Shown piece after piece: positions 42,601 to 53,682 of a stretch of 64,000 bases of DNA (positions are counted from its first letter, which is position 1; the number at the start of each line of letters is the position of its first letter). The position numbers and the translations under genes are program-made. Origin of the DNA: Mizuhopecten yessoensis (taxonomy: Eukaryota); the NCBI RefSeq assembly GCF_002113885.1, contig NW_018405003.1, forward strand, positions 77,240 to 141,239, read 5' to 3'. Below the pieces are notes generated by a model that saw only the letters and a list, made by a program, of their open reading frames with translations, was not told the origin of the DNA and made no database searches.

Positions 42601-45600
42601 ACATGTACATAAATCTACATGATCAAGCTACATAAGAACCAGGATCTGAGGAAATCTATAGAAGCGTGCTTGAACTTCATGAACATACAATGTGAAGTGT
42701 AAGCTGCTTAGCAAGTAATGAAGACGATATCAACATTTGTGTAAACATGTGATCAATCTCATGTTTTACACAACCAGGATCTGTGGAAATTTTATTGAAT
42801 GATCCACTCCTCCATATACAGCTACTAGGAAAATGTGGATTTCATAGTCAATATTTTATGACCAGTCGGTACACACCTTGTGGTGTAAGTGGTCAATCTC
42901 ACACAGAGAGGTTCTCACCCAATACAGATACAGGATGTGATCACCACCACTCATGTTACAGGGTTTGTTGGTACATTAGTACCGAGAATCCCCTCTCAAC
43001 ATCCTGATTGCAATTGGTTGATCAATCCTTGTGGGTAACGAGGATATATTGATCCTATGAATATATTCCTGAACTCTGTACACGTACTGCACCTTGATTT
43101 GTACAAGTGTAGGTTACTGGCTTATATAAACAAGTCATACTAATGAACGGTCTAAACTGACTTACATGTAAATACAAAAATATTTCATCAAAATACAAGC
43201 TTTTAAATCTGGGACTTAAAATTCTTACTTTTAAAGGGAATTAAGAACATGCCAGAATTTGATAAGAAAATACCCCAAAAATGTTTCGAAAAGTAGTTCT
43301 CGGTTATCTTTAGAAAATTAAACAAATCAGTCACCAACTGTTAACTGGACGATATCCATTGATATTGAGTGGGTGGTAGTGAAGGAATTTTGTTTACTTT
43401 TAATCACAAGCCAGTCAGGGGGGGCCGAGTCAAAACAGAGCATGTATCACAATACATACAAGTACGTTGTATCGGGTATACTTTAAAATTCACTAGCTAG
43501 CTAGGAATTCATATACACGTCAGACATAATATTATTCAATGTATATGATTTATAAAGCATTAACAGATTCTTCAGATGTAAAAATGTCACTACCTTATGT
43601 CCTTTTCAGGGGTTTACAATTTCATATTTCGGCAACAGCCATCAAGAAGACCTTTTTTCATAGCCCTGTGATCTTATGGCTGGCATCAGACTTGTGGAAT
43701 TCATTCACCCATTGTTTTCGTGGAACTGCTTACTTATTAAAGCATGTGTACATATGATTTTAGAGATACACTCCCAATGAAGGAAACATAATTTGCAATC
43801 ATATATACAAGACCGCAGGTTTAAGTCCTGCTTGTACATCTGTCCACTCTTCACCTGTGTGCGGTCCCCAGGTACACGTCCTGTCCACGATGTCCTGTGG
43901 TCATAGTAGTCCATGTAAACAAGGATCTAGATAAAGCAATACTGAGAAACCTGGAATCGGCTCACAGTTCTTAATTATCAGAAGCATTGTTTAATGGTAT
44001 CCAATTGAGCTAGTGCTGAAGATTAAGCTGCCACAGTGCCATCTAGTGTTTGTACATGTGTGTATGCATCTCAAATGCAATGTGTGGTGCAATTTGTCTA
44101 CAGTGTGCTGACAGATTTGGTGTGGGTGTACGACATGTTATTTCCCCAGTTTCCGGGACTAATGTACATACTTAATTACGAGAAAGGTAACAAACTGTTG
44201 GCGTCTTACGTAACGTGTGGTTTGTTTTGTTCCAGGATCTTGATTTGATAGACGTGCTATGGAGACAAGACATAGACCTGGGAGTGGGGAAGGAGGTGTT
44301 CGACATCAACCTCCGCCAGGAGCTGGAACGAGAACGGGAGTTGGAACTCCAGAAGGATAGAGAGAAAGTGAGCACTTTAATAATTATAAGTCTACGAGAA
44401 TTATAAATGAAAGTATATTGCAGAACTTTTATAACTCTTAGACACTTTGTCGATATATAACAAGTGTTCTGGGATAGTATAAAGATAATAGTAGTTTAGA
44501 AAGTGTGACATTCTATATAATGTTTTGGATTAATGTAATTCCAGATTTATATATATATGTACACAGTCTTGATAATTTAAGATATTTGTTTTGCTTAGTT
44601 TTTCAACTGTCACTGAGTGAAACTTCTTTTTCATTGGAATTTTATGCAAATAATAAGTACTGATCATGAGTGCAATCACCATTGATACAGAAACAAGCAA
44701 CATTATTTTGCTAGCTATACTTACAGCATGATCATACAATGTATTGTCCATTGTTAATAATTCATTTTTCACTTTAAAGCAAAAAGAAAGAGAAGTCCTG
44801 CAGTGTAAACATGAAGAGCAGAGATTACAGCAGCAAAGAAGATGGTTGACAGAAAACTTTATGCAGGATACAGAAACAGGTATGGTTTGAAACAAGGATC
44901 CGAGCCAAGCTCGGAATTCTGTCTAAAAATGAAAGGGTGGATAATCATAATACCTTAACCTTACCTTTTGTATGCTACGTACCTCATTGGTTTCCTAAAA
45001 GACGGGATGTACAATCCCACTTACCTTTCTCTCTTTGAAGAATTCTCTTGTATACTTTACATTATGTATTTTACTAGGAATTCAGGCAATTCGGTTTAAA
45101 TTTGTTTCATCTGGTTTTGACCGAGAATACAATGTCTATTTTGCTTAATTAAATTTTCTCAAAACATAGATTTATTGAATTTGCATTGAAGAATAATTAT
45201 GCTAAAACAACCTTTAAAAATAAAAATAATACATGTTTTGGCAATGTGGTGATAATTGTTTTCTTTTCTTTTAGGTGAATGGGTACCCCTTAGAGGAAGA
45301 GCTTCAAGTGGTCAGCCTCCAATTCCGAACAGCCAGCTTCAGGTCAGTTGCTCAGGAAAAAATCATGTTACATTTAAATAGTGAAACTGAGTTCACCTGT
45401 GCAAATTATTAATGGTGTGTGCACTTACATAATCATAATGTAATTCACTCATTTGGAACGTATCGGGATTCAAACTGGAGCTGCTCTGTTGATGATTCTC
45501 GGGACTGCAATAAGTTAATATGTCACTTCAAAGCAGGTCAGCTCCATTGTGTAGAAAAGACAGTCTTTGTTGATTGCTGTAGTTTTTTGTTAAGTTTCCA

Positions 45601-48600
45601 TTGTGAACGGTTGACATGTGTTTACACAAACATTACATGAGGTGGTATCTGAGAGGTGAAATGTACATTAAGTCAATAAAATGTTAGTATATGTACTGCT
45701 GTTCATGTCGTGTTCTTTGCTGACCTGTACGTGTTTGTGTACTTACAGAACTTTATGCCATACGATAACAACATGACTGTGGTGAGCGAGCCCCCGCCCC
45801 TCGAGGGAGATTACGGAATGCCGGAACATCAGTATCAGCACACGTCTCAAACAATGGCACCTCCTCAAGCGCAGCCCTCTCAGATGATGACTGGATTTGG
45901 GCCAGACATGGCTAACTACACAGCAGCACAACAGGTACAAATGTAGTCTAGCTCATATAAAGTCAAGGTCACAGTCATTACTGTACAACATGTAGTCTGG
46001 CTTGTGAAGGTCATGGTGACACTAGCTCCTGTAAAGTTTGAAGTACATACTCACAACAACAAAAAGGAAAAGAAAGACAGACGCCTTGCCTAGGCCAATA
46101 TCCATGAATACATTCCCATGCTTATGCTTAGGTTCTGTGTTCATACTCAGTTTCTTGATCAAGTGATCAATTATTTAAAAAAACAATTTATCAATGACTT
46201 CTGAGAATTTTTCTAGAAACTTGAGAAAGCTGAATAATGTTTTCAGTATTTGAACTTAACTGTGTCACCAGATTTAAGTGAGTTATAAGAAAGTTGGCTT
46301 GCACACAGATTCCATGCATGAGCATAAGAAAGGTTTCATAAATACTGGCCCTGGTAATTTTTTTTTTTTTACAGAACTTGTTAAGGAAGGTTGTCTTGTC
46401 TTACCAGATAATACTGAAGAAGTTTAAGAAGCTGTGTTTGTTATATTCTAGATAGTACTGTTGTAACATGAAGTAATTTAAGCTTATTATTTTTGCAAAA
46501 AAATGGTAGCTTTGATTATGTGTATGCTATAATTAAAGTGAATGTCATCTTCCCAAATTTCAATTAAGTTTTTGAATATTCATCTGTTATGTATACATGT
46601 ATGTATTATATCTAAATTGTTCTCATTGAGTTTGTTTTGTTTTCTAAAGAATCCCGAGCAATATACTCCAATGGAAAGCCTTGAGGAGAGATGGCAAGAT
46701 CTTGTGAACCTGCTGGAACTGCCTGAAAATGATACAAGTATGAGGCCCCCCATGGGGATGGGCCCTGTGAATCAAACTGTGGTGTCCCCTACAGACCACA
46801 ACTCGGTGTTAATACAGAATGCCACTCTGCCTGTGGCCCCTCAGCTCAACAACACACTGCCGACACCGTACTCAAACACTTGTAAGTACACTTCGCTAGT
46901 GCTGTTCAGTAGACAGGTCCAGTGGTCAAACATCACCATAAGTCATAACATTTGTCGTAGTTGAGAAAGAAATGAAGTGAAACTAAATATAAAAATGCAG
47001 ATACATGGCATGTTGGTCTCCTTAATTAAAATGAAGAAATAAATTTTGTTTAAATAAAAAAAAAAGCCCACCTACAAAATATACTAATTTTGTTGTTTTT
47101 TTTCCAGCAATCCCACAGCAGCCGATGACTAACTTCACCTCAACAAGTTCGAGCGAGGGCTGTCCGACCCCTCTGGACTGGGAGCAAAGTGAATTGTTCT
47201 ATAATAATGGAAGTGGTGGGGAAAACCATGCTGATCCCATCGAAGACATGGAGAGTATTCTCCCCGACATAATCCCCGAGGACTACAACCTCACAGAGAT
47301 GGCTCTTAATGATGGTAGGGATTCCCATTATATTACTTTCCAGCTAAAAAATAGGGCTATTTAGTTTGATCAAAGAAATATAACCAAGCTAATAAAGAAA
47401 ATAGGAAGCCATTCTAGATACGCATAATGTCGGTGGGGCGCATAATGTCGGTGGGGTCTTAATGGATATTTTTTGGGGAAAAGAACCCAAATACCTCCCT
47501 GTTTTTATATCTGGAATAAGCCTTGCATCACTATACTTATATGTTAATGTCAATTTATTTCAAGTCCATAAGGAAGTATTGTTTCAACCTGTTTATTAGT
47601 GCTGTGGCCACTTTGATTTGTTTAAGAGATGATACATTTCTTTTCTCTGGTGTTTTCCAGGTTTAAGGTCGATGAGAATGCTTGATGACAATAGCAGTGA
47701 GTCGGGAGTGTCCCTAGGGAGCTCAGAACAGGTACGTTATCTAGTCACTGAAACAACATTGGTTACTGAAACTCATATTCTTCCTAAATATAAATGTCAA
47801 TTTTTTTTTCAAGATTATCAGAGTTTGAGTTAAATAACAATTCTCACTTTTAAACTTCATTTTTTCCCTTTTATTCAAATGTAGTTAAACTGCTGTATTG
47901 TGAATTTGATATCACCGATACATTTAATGCTACTGGATGAAAATACAAAGTTAAATCTTGGGAACAGCCTTATTTAAACCCAATTTTACTACAATTTGCT
48001 CTAAATTCTTAAGGATATCTTGGCCATGTTTTCATTCATTAGGTTGCCTTGATTCCAAACGATATTTCCTGAAGTGAATTCCTTAAGGTCATTGCAGATC
48101 TTCAATAAACCATTTTCTCCAATGTTTTCTACATGGTCACAGTATAGATTGAAGTCACAAACTTTGGTTGCAACTTAAGTAGATTAATCAAACGGGAAGT
48201 ATAACAACTGCAAATCATTTGATCATTGTTTTTCCAGGACCAGTTCAGCGAAGCAGCTATGTCGCCGTTTGATAGTCTGGAGGGTGCCACCGGTGGCCAC
48301 GACTACAGTGGTGGATCGCCAGGCTTCAACAAAGCCAGCAGTTTCGAGCACAACAATTACAGCAAATTTAACGGTGGTGGTAATGGCTACAACAGCGAGG
48401 GAGACAACTACAACAGTGTGGGTGATAGTTATAGCTCGGGAGGCAGCTCCAACGGGGACAGTGCCCACAGCTCCTCTAATGACACCGACTTCAATTTCCC
48501 ATCAACAAAAACGAGCCACAATCACATTCGTCACAATCATTCATACCCCCTGCAGCCAGGTCAGTCTCCGCGCGAGTACAAGAAATACTGCACGTCCATG

Positions 48601-49116
48601 GAGAAAGAACCTCGCCACAAAGGCCCTCATTGTAAAGATTCCAAACGGATACAGGAACTGAAAGTGCCGTTAACAGTGGACGAAATTGTTGATGTACCCG
48701 TTGAAGAGTTCAATGAACTGCTTACGCAATACAAACTTACAGAACCACAGTTACAGTTAATCCGAGACATTCGTAGACGAGGAAAAAACAAGGTGGCCGC
48801 TCAGAACTGTCGAAAACGAAAGTTAGATGTCCTAGTAAATCTTGAGGACGACATGTCAACTCTCCAATCAACTCGTGATCGTCTGCTGCAGGAGCGGCAT
48901 ACCATTGACAAGCAGACACGTGAAATGAAAGACAAATTTAGCTCCCTGTACAGGGAGATATTCCAGTCACTACGCGATGAGCACGGTCGTCCGTACGACC
49001 CGCATTTGTTCTCGCTGCAGCAATCAAGTGATGGAAATGTGTTCTTGGTCCCCCGTAACATCACAGCAGATGAACAGCAGGCTAAGAGCAAGAAGAAGAA
49101 AAATGAGAAAAAGTGA
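33073..49116 (+). CDS. NFE2L1: CNC-bZIP transcription factor, Nrf1/NFE2L1-type (ER-anchored) isoform. join(33073..33642,44236..44367,44780..44879,45275..45342,45749..45934,46650..46881,47108..47314,47661..47731,48238..49116); 2445 nt, 814 aa
   Basis: All introns are GT..AG with matching phases (0,0,1,0,0,1,1,0). Motifs occur in the family order: NHB1 anchor, [20 protein letters not shown], Neh5-like [14 protein letters not shown], sequon-rich region, ESGVS, EGATG, HNHSY, CNC + bZIP ([21 protein letters not shown]), Neh3 ([14 protein letters not shown]). Confidence 0.9.
36223..37066 (+). mobile_element. Non-autonomous Helentron/HINE-like element in the long intron
   Basis: 5' TATGTCTCCCCTTCGAATGAAGGGAGACAT hairpin, subterminal inverted copy AGGGGAGACATA at 37040-37051, CTAGTT end, and degenerate internal repeats (CTTGTCC..CATAACTT..AAACTT). 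Confidence 0.7.
37875..38325. repeat. Minisatellite, 50 bp unit, about 9 copies
   Basis: AAGAACAAGGCTATACCTGTGKAGTAAGATATAGCATACATGTAGGCCTG at 38161, 38211, 38261 and neighbouring positions. Confidence 0.95.
44236..44367 (+). CDS. NFE2L1: Shared exon: Neh2 DIDLID/DLG element
   Basis: tttgttccag| [44 protein letters not shown] |gtgagc; 132 nt, phase 0-0. Confidence 0.95.
44780..44879 (+). CDS. NFE2L1: Shared exon: Neh2 helix and first part of the ETGE motif
   Basis: actttaaag| [33 protein letters not shown](G) |gtatgg; 100 nt, phase 0-1. Confidence 0.88.
45275..45342 (+). CDS. NFE2L1: Shared exon: completes the ETGE motif (GEWVP...)
   Basis: ttcttttag| (G)[22 protein letters not shown] |gtcagt; 68 nt, phase 1-0; the spliced sequence reads DTETGEW. 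Confidence 0.9.
45749..45934 (+). CDS. NFE2L1: Shared exon: P/Q/M-rich linker
   Basis: acttacag| [10 protein letters not shown]...NYTAAQQ |gtacaa; 186 nt, phase 0-0, open and GC-richer than the flanking introns. Confidence 0.85.
46650..46881 (+). CDS. NFE2L1: Shared exon: Neh5-like activation motif and start of the NST glycodomain
   Basis: ttttctaaag| [25 protein letters not shown]...PYSNT |gtaagt; 232 nt, phase 0-1; resembles NFE2L1 DLEQQWQDLMSIMEM. Confidence 0.9.
47108..47314 (+). CDS. NFE2L1: Shared exon: NST/acidic region
   Basis: tttttccag| (S)[11 protein letters not shown]...[10 protein letters not shown](G) |gtaggg; 207 nt, phase 1-1. Confidence 0.88.
47421..47456. repeat. Perfect 18 bp tandem duplication in an intron
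   Basis: CGCATAATGTCGGTGGGG x2. Confidence 0.9.
47661..47731 (+). CDS. NFE2L1: Shared exon: Neh6-like beta-TrCP degron region
   Basis: gttttccag| (G)[23 protein letters not shown] |gtacgt; 71 nt, phase 1-0; resembles the DSDSGLSL/DSGIS degrons. Confidence 0.88.
48238..49116 (+). CDS. NFE2L1: Terminal exon: CNC domain, bZIP and Neh3
   Basis: tttttccag| DQFSE...HNHSY...[20 protein letters not shown]...[23 protein letters not shown]...leucine zipper...[21 protein letters not shown]...TGA. Confidence 0.97.
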   Translation, partial: DQFSEAAMSPFDSLEGATGGHDYSGGSPGFNKASSFEHNNYSKFNGGGNGYNSEGDNYNSVGDSYSSGGSSNGDSAHSSSNDTDFNFPSTKTSHNHIRHNHSYPLQPGQSPREYKKYCTSMEKEPRHKGPHCKDSKRIQELKVPLTVDEIVDVPVEEFNELLTQYKLTEPQLQLIRDIRRRGKNKVAAQNCRKRKLDVLVNLEDDMSTLQSTRDRLLQERHTIDKQTREMKDKFSSLYREIFQSLRDEHGRPYDPHLFSLQQSSDGNVFLVPRNITADEQQAKSKKKKNEKK

Positions 49117-50351
49117 ACGTGTTTTCAGAGCTCAAGCAGCAATTTGCCTCACAGGGTTCCTGACCTTTGACCTTAGTACTAGAGCCTCATCACTGAGGAT
49201 TCAGGGACAAAACACTCAAAACTTTTGGTCCCATGAACATTATTGTTTCATTTAAGTTCGTAAATCAACATTTGCAGGGAAAATTGGTAAAAGACATAAA
49301 GGTGTGAACATTTTCATAAACAGTAGTCACATTACTGGTTTTGAGTAGAGGACTACATGCATACAGGTTGTTAAAAGAGACAGACTAATATAGATCTGCA
49401 GGATCTCAACTGGTCTTTATCAGTGTTTGAAATATATATTGGGATCATTAAAACAAGAATTTCAGTCCTACAATTCATAATACGCCTGATGTACCAGGAA
49501 CAGTAGACTATACAAAACGTTTAAAGTCTACAGGGTAACATATGAATTCAATATCATGTTTCCTTCCCCCATGAATTTTGATGACTGAACCTGATAAAAA
49601 ATGAGATTTTATTTGGTACCTCAGGATTTCAAAAGATCTGCATAAGCATCTGTGGTTTGGTATGGAAAATTTTGGCCTGAAATTCCAGGTTTTTTGTGAT
49701 AAAGGTGCTTTAATTATCGATTTCAAATCGAAGTCATTAGTAGGGTGTACATTTTAAAACACAATTAACTTATATTGATATGCATGGTCAATAATCATTG
49801 AAGAAAATCTAAATATTACTTCCTTTTTGTGAAATTAACTGTATCTCATGATTCAGGGAGTAAATTTAATTGAAATTCCAAAACAGATGATTGTGACTCT
49901 AATATTGATGGATTTTTTCGTTCTATTGTTATATTATATCCAACCCCAGTACCATGTGCTAACATTGTGATGAGTATGTCACCGGTATATATTGAAGTAA
50001 AACCTTACTAGCCAGTGGTTAACCATGTAGAGATATCTGCACTGCAATGGTTTATGATAATAAACAGCAAGATCTCCACCGGCAATGTTGAACTTTATAG
50101 TGAGGTGATGAGCATCAGTGGTTAACAATAGCAAGAATAGGTTAATCCACATCAAAGGGGTTGGTTACACTTAGGTTGACATCATTCCATATCATTGTCT
50201 TTCATTGGTTACAAATATTGTAGTGCTGACTTCTTGTTCGTGTTTGGTAGATCTATATCATTCATATTACTTTCTTTAGCAATTTCTCTTTTGTTTCTTT
50301 ATGTGTGTTTGTGATTATGGGAAAAAAGTTTGACTGTTTTCTGTTGTTTTG

Positions 50352-50357
50352 AATAAA
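50352..50357 (+). other. Candidate polyadenylation signal of the CNC gene
   Basis: AATAAA followed by GT/T-rich sequence about 1.2 kb after the stop; another AATAAA is at 50059. Confidence 0.3.
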
Positions 50358-52068
50358 TGTTTTGTTAATTGTGTGGAGTAAAAATCAAATTAAAAATTGT
50401 GAGTCCAAGAAATGGGGTATGTACTTGTTACTGAATGTATTGAGAGAGACCGAGAGAGAGAATTTTACTTCTATTTGAGTAATTGTAACAAAGAGGCCTG
50501 TTGTTGTCTGGGTAGGTTGCTATGTGCTGTGGAACCTTGTTTGTCTGCACTCTTTTTGTGCATTTAGAAGCAGAATTACAAAGAAATGATTTACTACACA
50601 TTCAGAAAGCATATGATGTTTAATCAGTGGTTGCATAAGTCCTAACTAATTTTCAGAACAAATTTAATATAATTGAAAAGATATTGTTCTGTAAAATTAT
50701 TCCACTATTATGTTTGTTTGCATCAAGAAAGTGAGTTTTACAAAATATCTGAGTGCAGATTGACACGGTTCCTTTGTGACATATGTTACAGTGTTCATTG
50801 ATTGCAGTTTTGTTTTCACAGTTTTTTCTGTCTTACAAAACTCAAAAAATGGGACACCAGTAGGTTTATTCTTTGGTGTTAGTTTTTACGGCTGAACTGT
50901 TAATATGCCGATTTCATTGAAGTCTGCTAAGATGAACTGTCATATCTGCCCAAGCATTTCATTTTGATAGCATGTAAACATAGAAAATGTATTCAGTTGC
51001 CATGTCCTCCATATTGAGTAACCATGTAGCTAATATATAGATCATAAATAGTGACTGTAATCCATTTATCATTAGTGTGCATATATATGTTTGGTTTATA
51101 CGATTAATAGTACACTTTCTTCATCAGCTACGTCATAATAACATATGTATCATTCTTAATTTTTTTTACAGCTGACATCATATTGAGAGAAATGTTGAAC
51201 AATTTGTTAAAAGATTTTGTTATAAATTTTGTTGAGTTATGATATTTAAAATCTGTTAATGATTATATGTGTTTTGAGTCCTTTGCTAAGTATTTCACCT
51301 ATGTGCCTGCAACTGCTCCCCCCAAAAACAACCTTGAGACGCTCCTTTGACTGGATCAATGAAAATACCATTGCCAACATAATCACCTTGAGTTTCAGAG
51401 GTAGTTAAATCACTCAATCTTTAAATTTTGCTGTAATGAAATCCATCCAGAAAAAAGCCCAAATGGATGTTGAACAACATTGTTCCACTTTTTTGAGGTT
51501 GTTCTAACTGAAGAAGTAGTGTAACTGTAAAGGCTGAAATAACTCTAAAGTGAAAGTTAAGTTCTCAGCAGCTGACATATTGTCACCAATTAACAGTTTC
51601 ATGATAATGGTAAAAGTAGAGGATAAATTGTCTCTTTATTATTTATAGAATTTGTATTGAAGGTAAATATGATTTCTTCACTTTGAAATCCATGTTTTGA
51701 ACAGGAAAAAAGATCTTTTGATAGTTTAAGATCATGGATATTTCTACAAAATAAACCCCAGACAATTAGTAGGTATTGTGCATTGATGATCGCTTTATGG
51801 TAATTCTTGTTAAAGGAAACATCGCTGGATTTTGAATATGAGCAAAAATAATATGCATTTTTAAAAAAAATAATTGGTTTGTTAGATATTTGAAAATCGA
51901 CCATTGCAATTTGGTATTACATTTTGGTTAAATGAGTTTAATTAATTTAATACAAAGAAACTATAATTGATCGTAGTTTGGTTCTTTTGTTAACAACTTC
52001 CGTTACGTCAGAAATTAATACAAGACATGCGTTTGGTCATTGTCTGCCACAAGCCATAGTATGCCTTG

Positions 52069-52158
52069 TTAACTCATTCACCCCTGCAATTATATAATGA
52101 ACTATTCTTACTTTTGAATGGACGAGTTCAAATATGTCATCAGGGGTGAATGAGTTAA
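52069..52158. mobile_element. 82 bp MITE flanked by TTAA (piggyBac-like)
   Basis: TTAA-CTCATTCACCCCTG ... CAGGGGTGAATGAG-TTAA; perfect 14 bp TIRs. Confidence 0.8.
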
Positions 52159-53682
52159 GTCGGTCAGATCAGAAGAACAATATTAGATATCGGATAGTAC
52201 CGTTGGTCTACCTATTCTACCTTCTAACTCAATTCTGGTATACCAGTGTGCATAGACGCAGATAACGGTTGTACGTTCCTGATATTAATATCGTGTGCTT
52301 GACAGAATGTCGGCATGAAGTCTGACTGATGACCGAGTGGAGATAAGCTGGGGTACATACCCAAACAATAGTGATCTGTAGTGATATGTATTGTCAAAAT
52401 CTGGCGAACAGCCGTCCATTGTATAGCAAACGAATATACACGGTCGTCTGCATTTTAAAAAAGAGTTTCCAATTCAATGACAAAATGACATATTCACTAT
52501 TCACTATGTGTTCTGATAAAAAAAAAAACCAGTGATCCTCTTTAATATTCATAAAATAGGTTGCGTAAAATATTGTATAATATGTTCACATCTTGTTTCC
52601 GATGGACCTTTCTATCTAAAACAAACAAGATTTGCTTCAAAAATATATACGAGGGAGTGGCACAAATGTTTTTCTTGACAAGAATTTCAACGATTACAGT
52701 TGAAATAAAAGATATGAAGAAATGATCTGGCTGTCTGTGGATGGTAGAATTGGCTGTTAAAAGTGTTGTGCTAGCCGGATAAGGGACGTTGAAACATCAG
52801 GGTTTATCATGGAAATGCCATTTAGCAAAGGATGGCTTCATTTGTACCATATTTTTGTGATATATTATAAAGTGCTATTTTTCCACTGAAATATGGTGTT
52901 GCATGATGTATACATGTACAGTAATGATGTTCTATTTCATTGCCTAATGAATTCATTGTATATATACAAATTGTGAAAACGAAGGTTTTGAAAAAATATA
53001 GAAATACACAGGTTTATATGAAAATATCTCATTTGTTGTTTTGTTTTTAACACATAGACGAACTCACTGGGACCAGATACATTGAGACTACTAAAAATAT
53101 ACAATGTAAGATGGACGTTCGATTAAAGATTGGGATTCACAATCTTTTAAATGATGTCTTCCAATCATTGGAGGAAGATCTAAGACATGCATACAAATTC
53201 CAAAATATATACTCATATATAAACGAATGCTCTCTTAACTCTTAGAAGATTGCTAATATTATTCTGAACAGTAATTTTCTAATAGGGCGCTACAGATAAC
53301 TATATTATAACCATTCACTGTTCCTATAAACATCATTTACAATGCATCTGATCCCATGTAAAAAGTGAATAAATTTAATTTTTAAAAAATGGTGCCTATT
53401 GAAATAAAAAAAAGGAGTTTTAAACGTTTTATATCGTGCGTTTTTGAATGGAGGATCACCTCTCTGAAGTAATAACACTGTTCGATGAACGTTTAAAAAA
53501 TTACAAACCAACGAAGGGGTTTGGTTATGATGTATATCAGAACATCAAATATCATTAAACTGTTAAACAGATGTTCTAAAAAGTAAATTCGAGAACCATT
53601 ACAGTCTTTTAAACAGCGTTTTATAGTGAAGTTGTCTTCGAATTCGGTATCTAGTGAAATTAATTACGCCAAAATATCGACT

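Noticed and set aside
46360-46460. Hidden Neh4-encoding exon after a strong poly-T acceptor at ~46374
   Set aside because: The in-frame translation [11 protein letters not shown]... has no Neh4 similarity, has no good donor and reaches a stop.
48223-49255. Overlapping and antisense ORFs over the bZIP exon
   Set aside because: Shadow frames of a GC-richer real exon, with no recognisable motifs.
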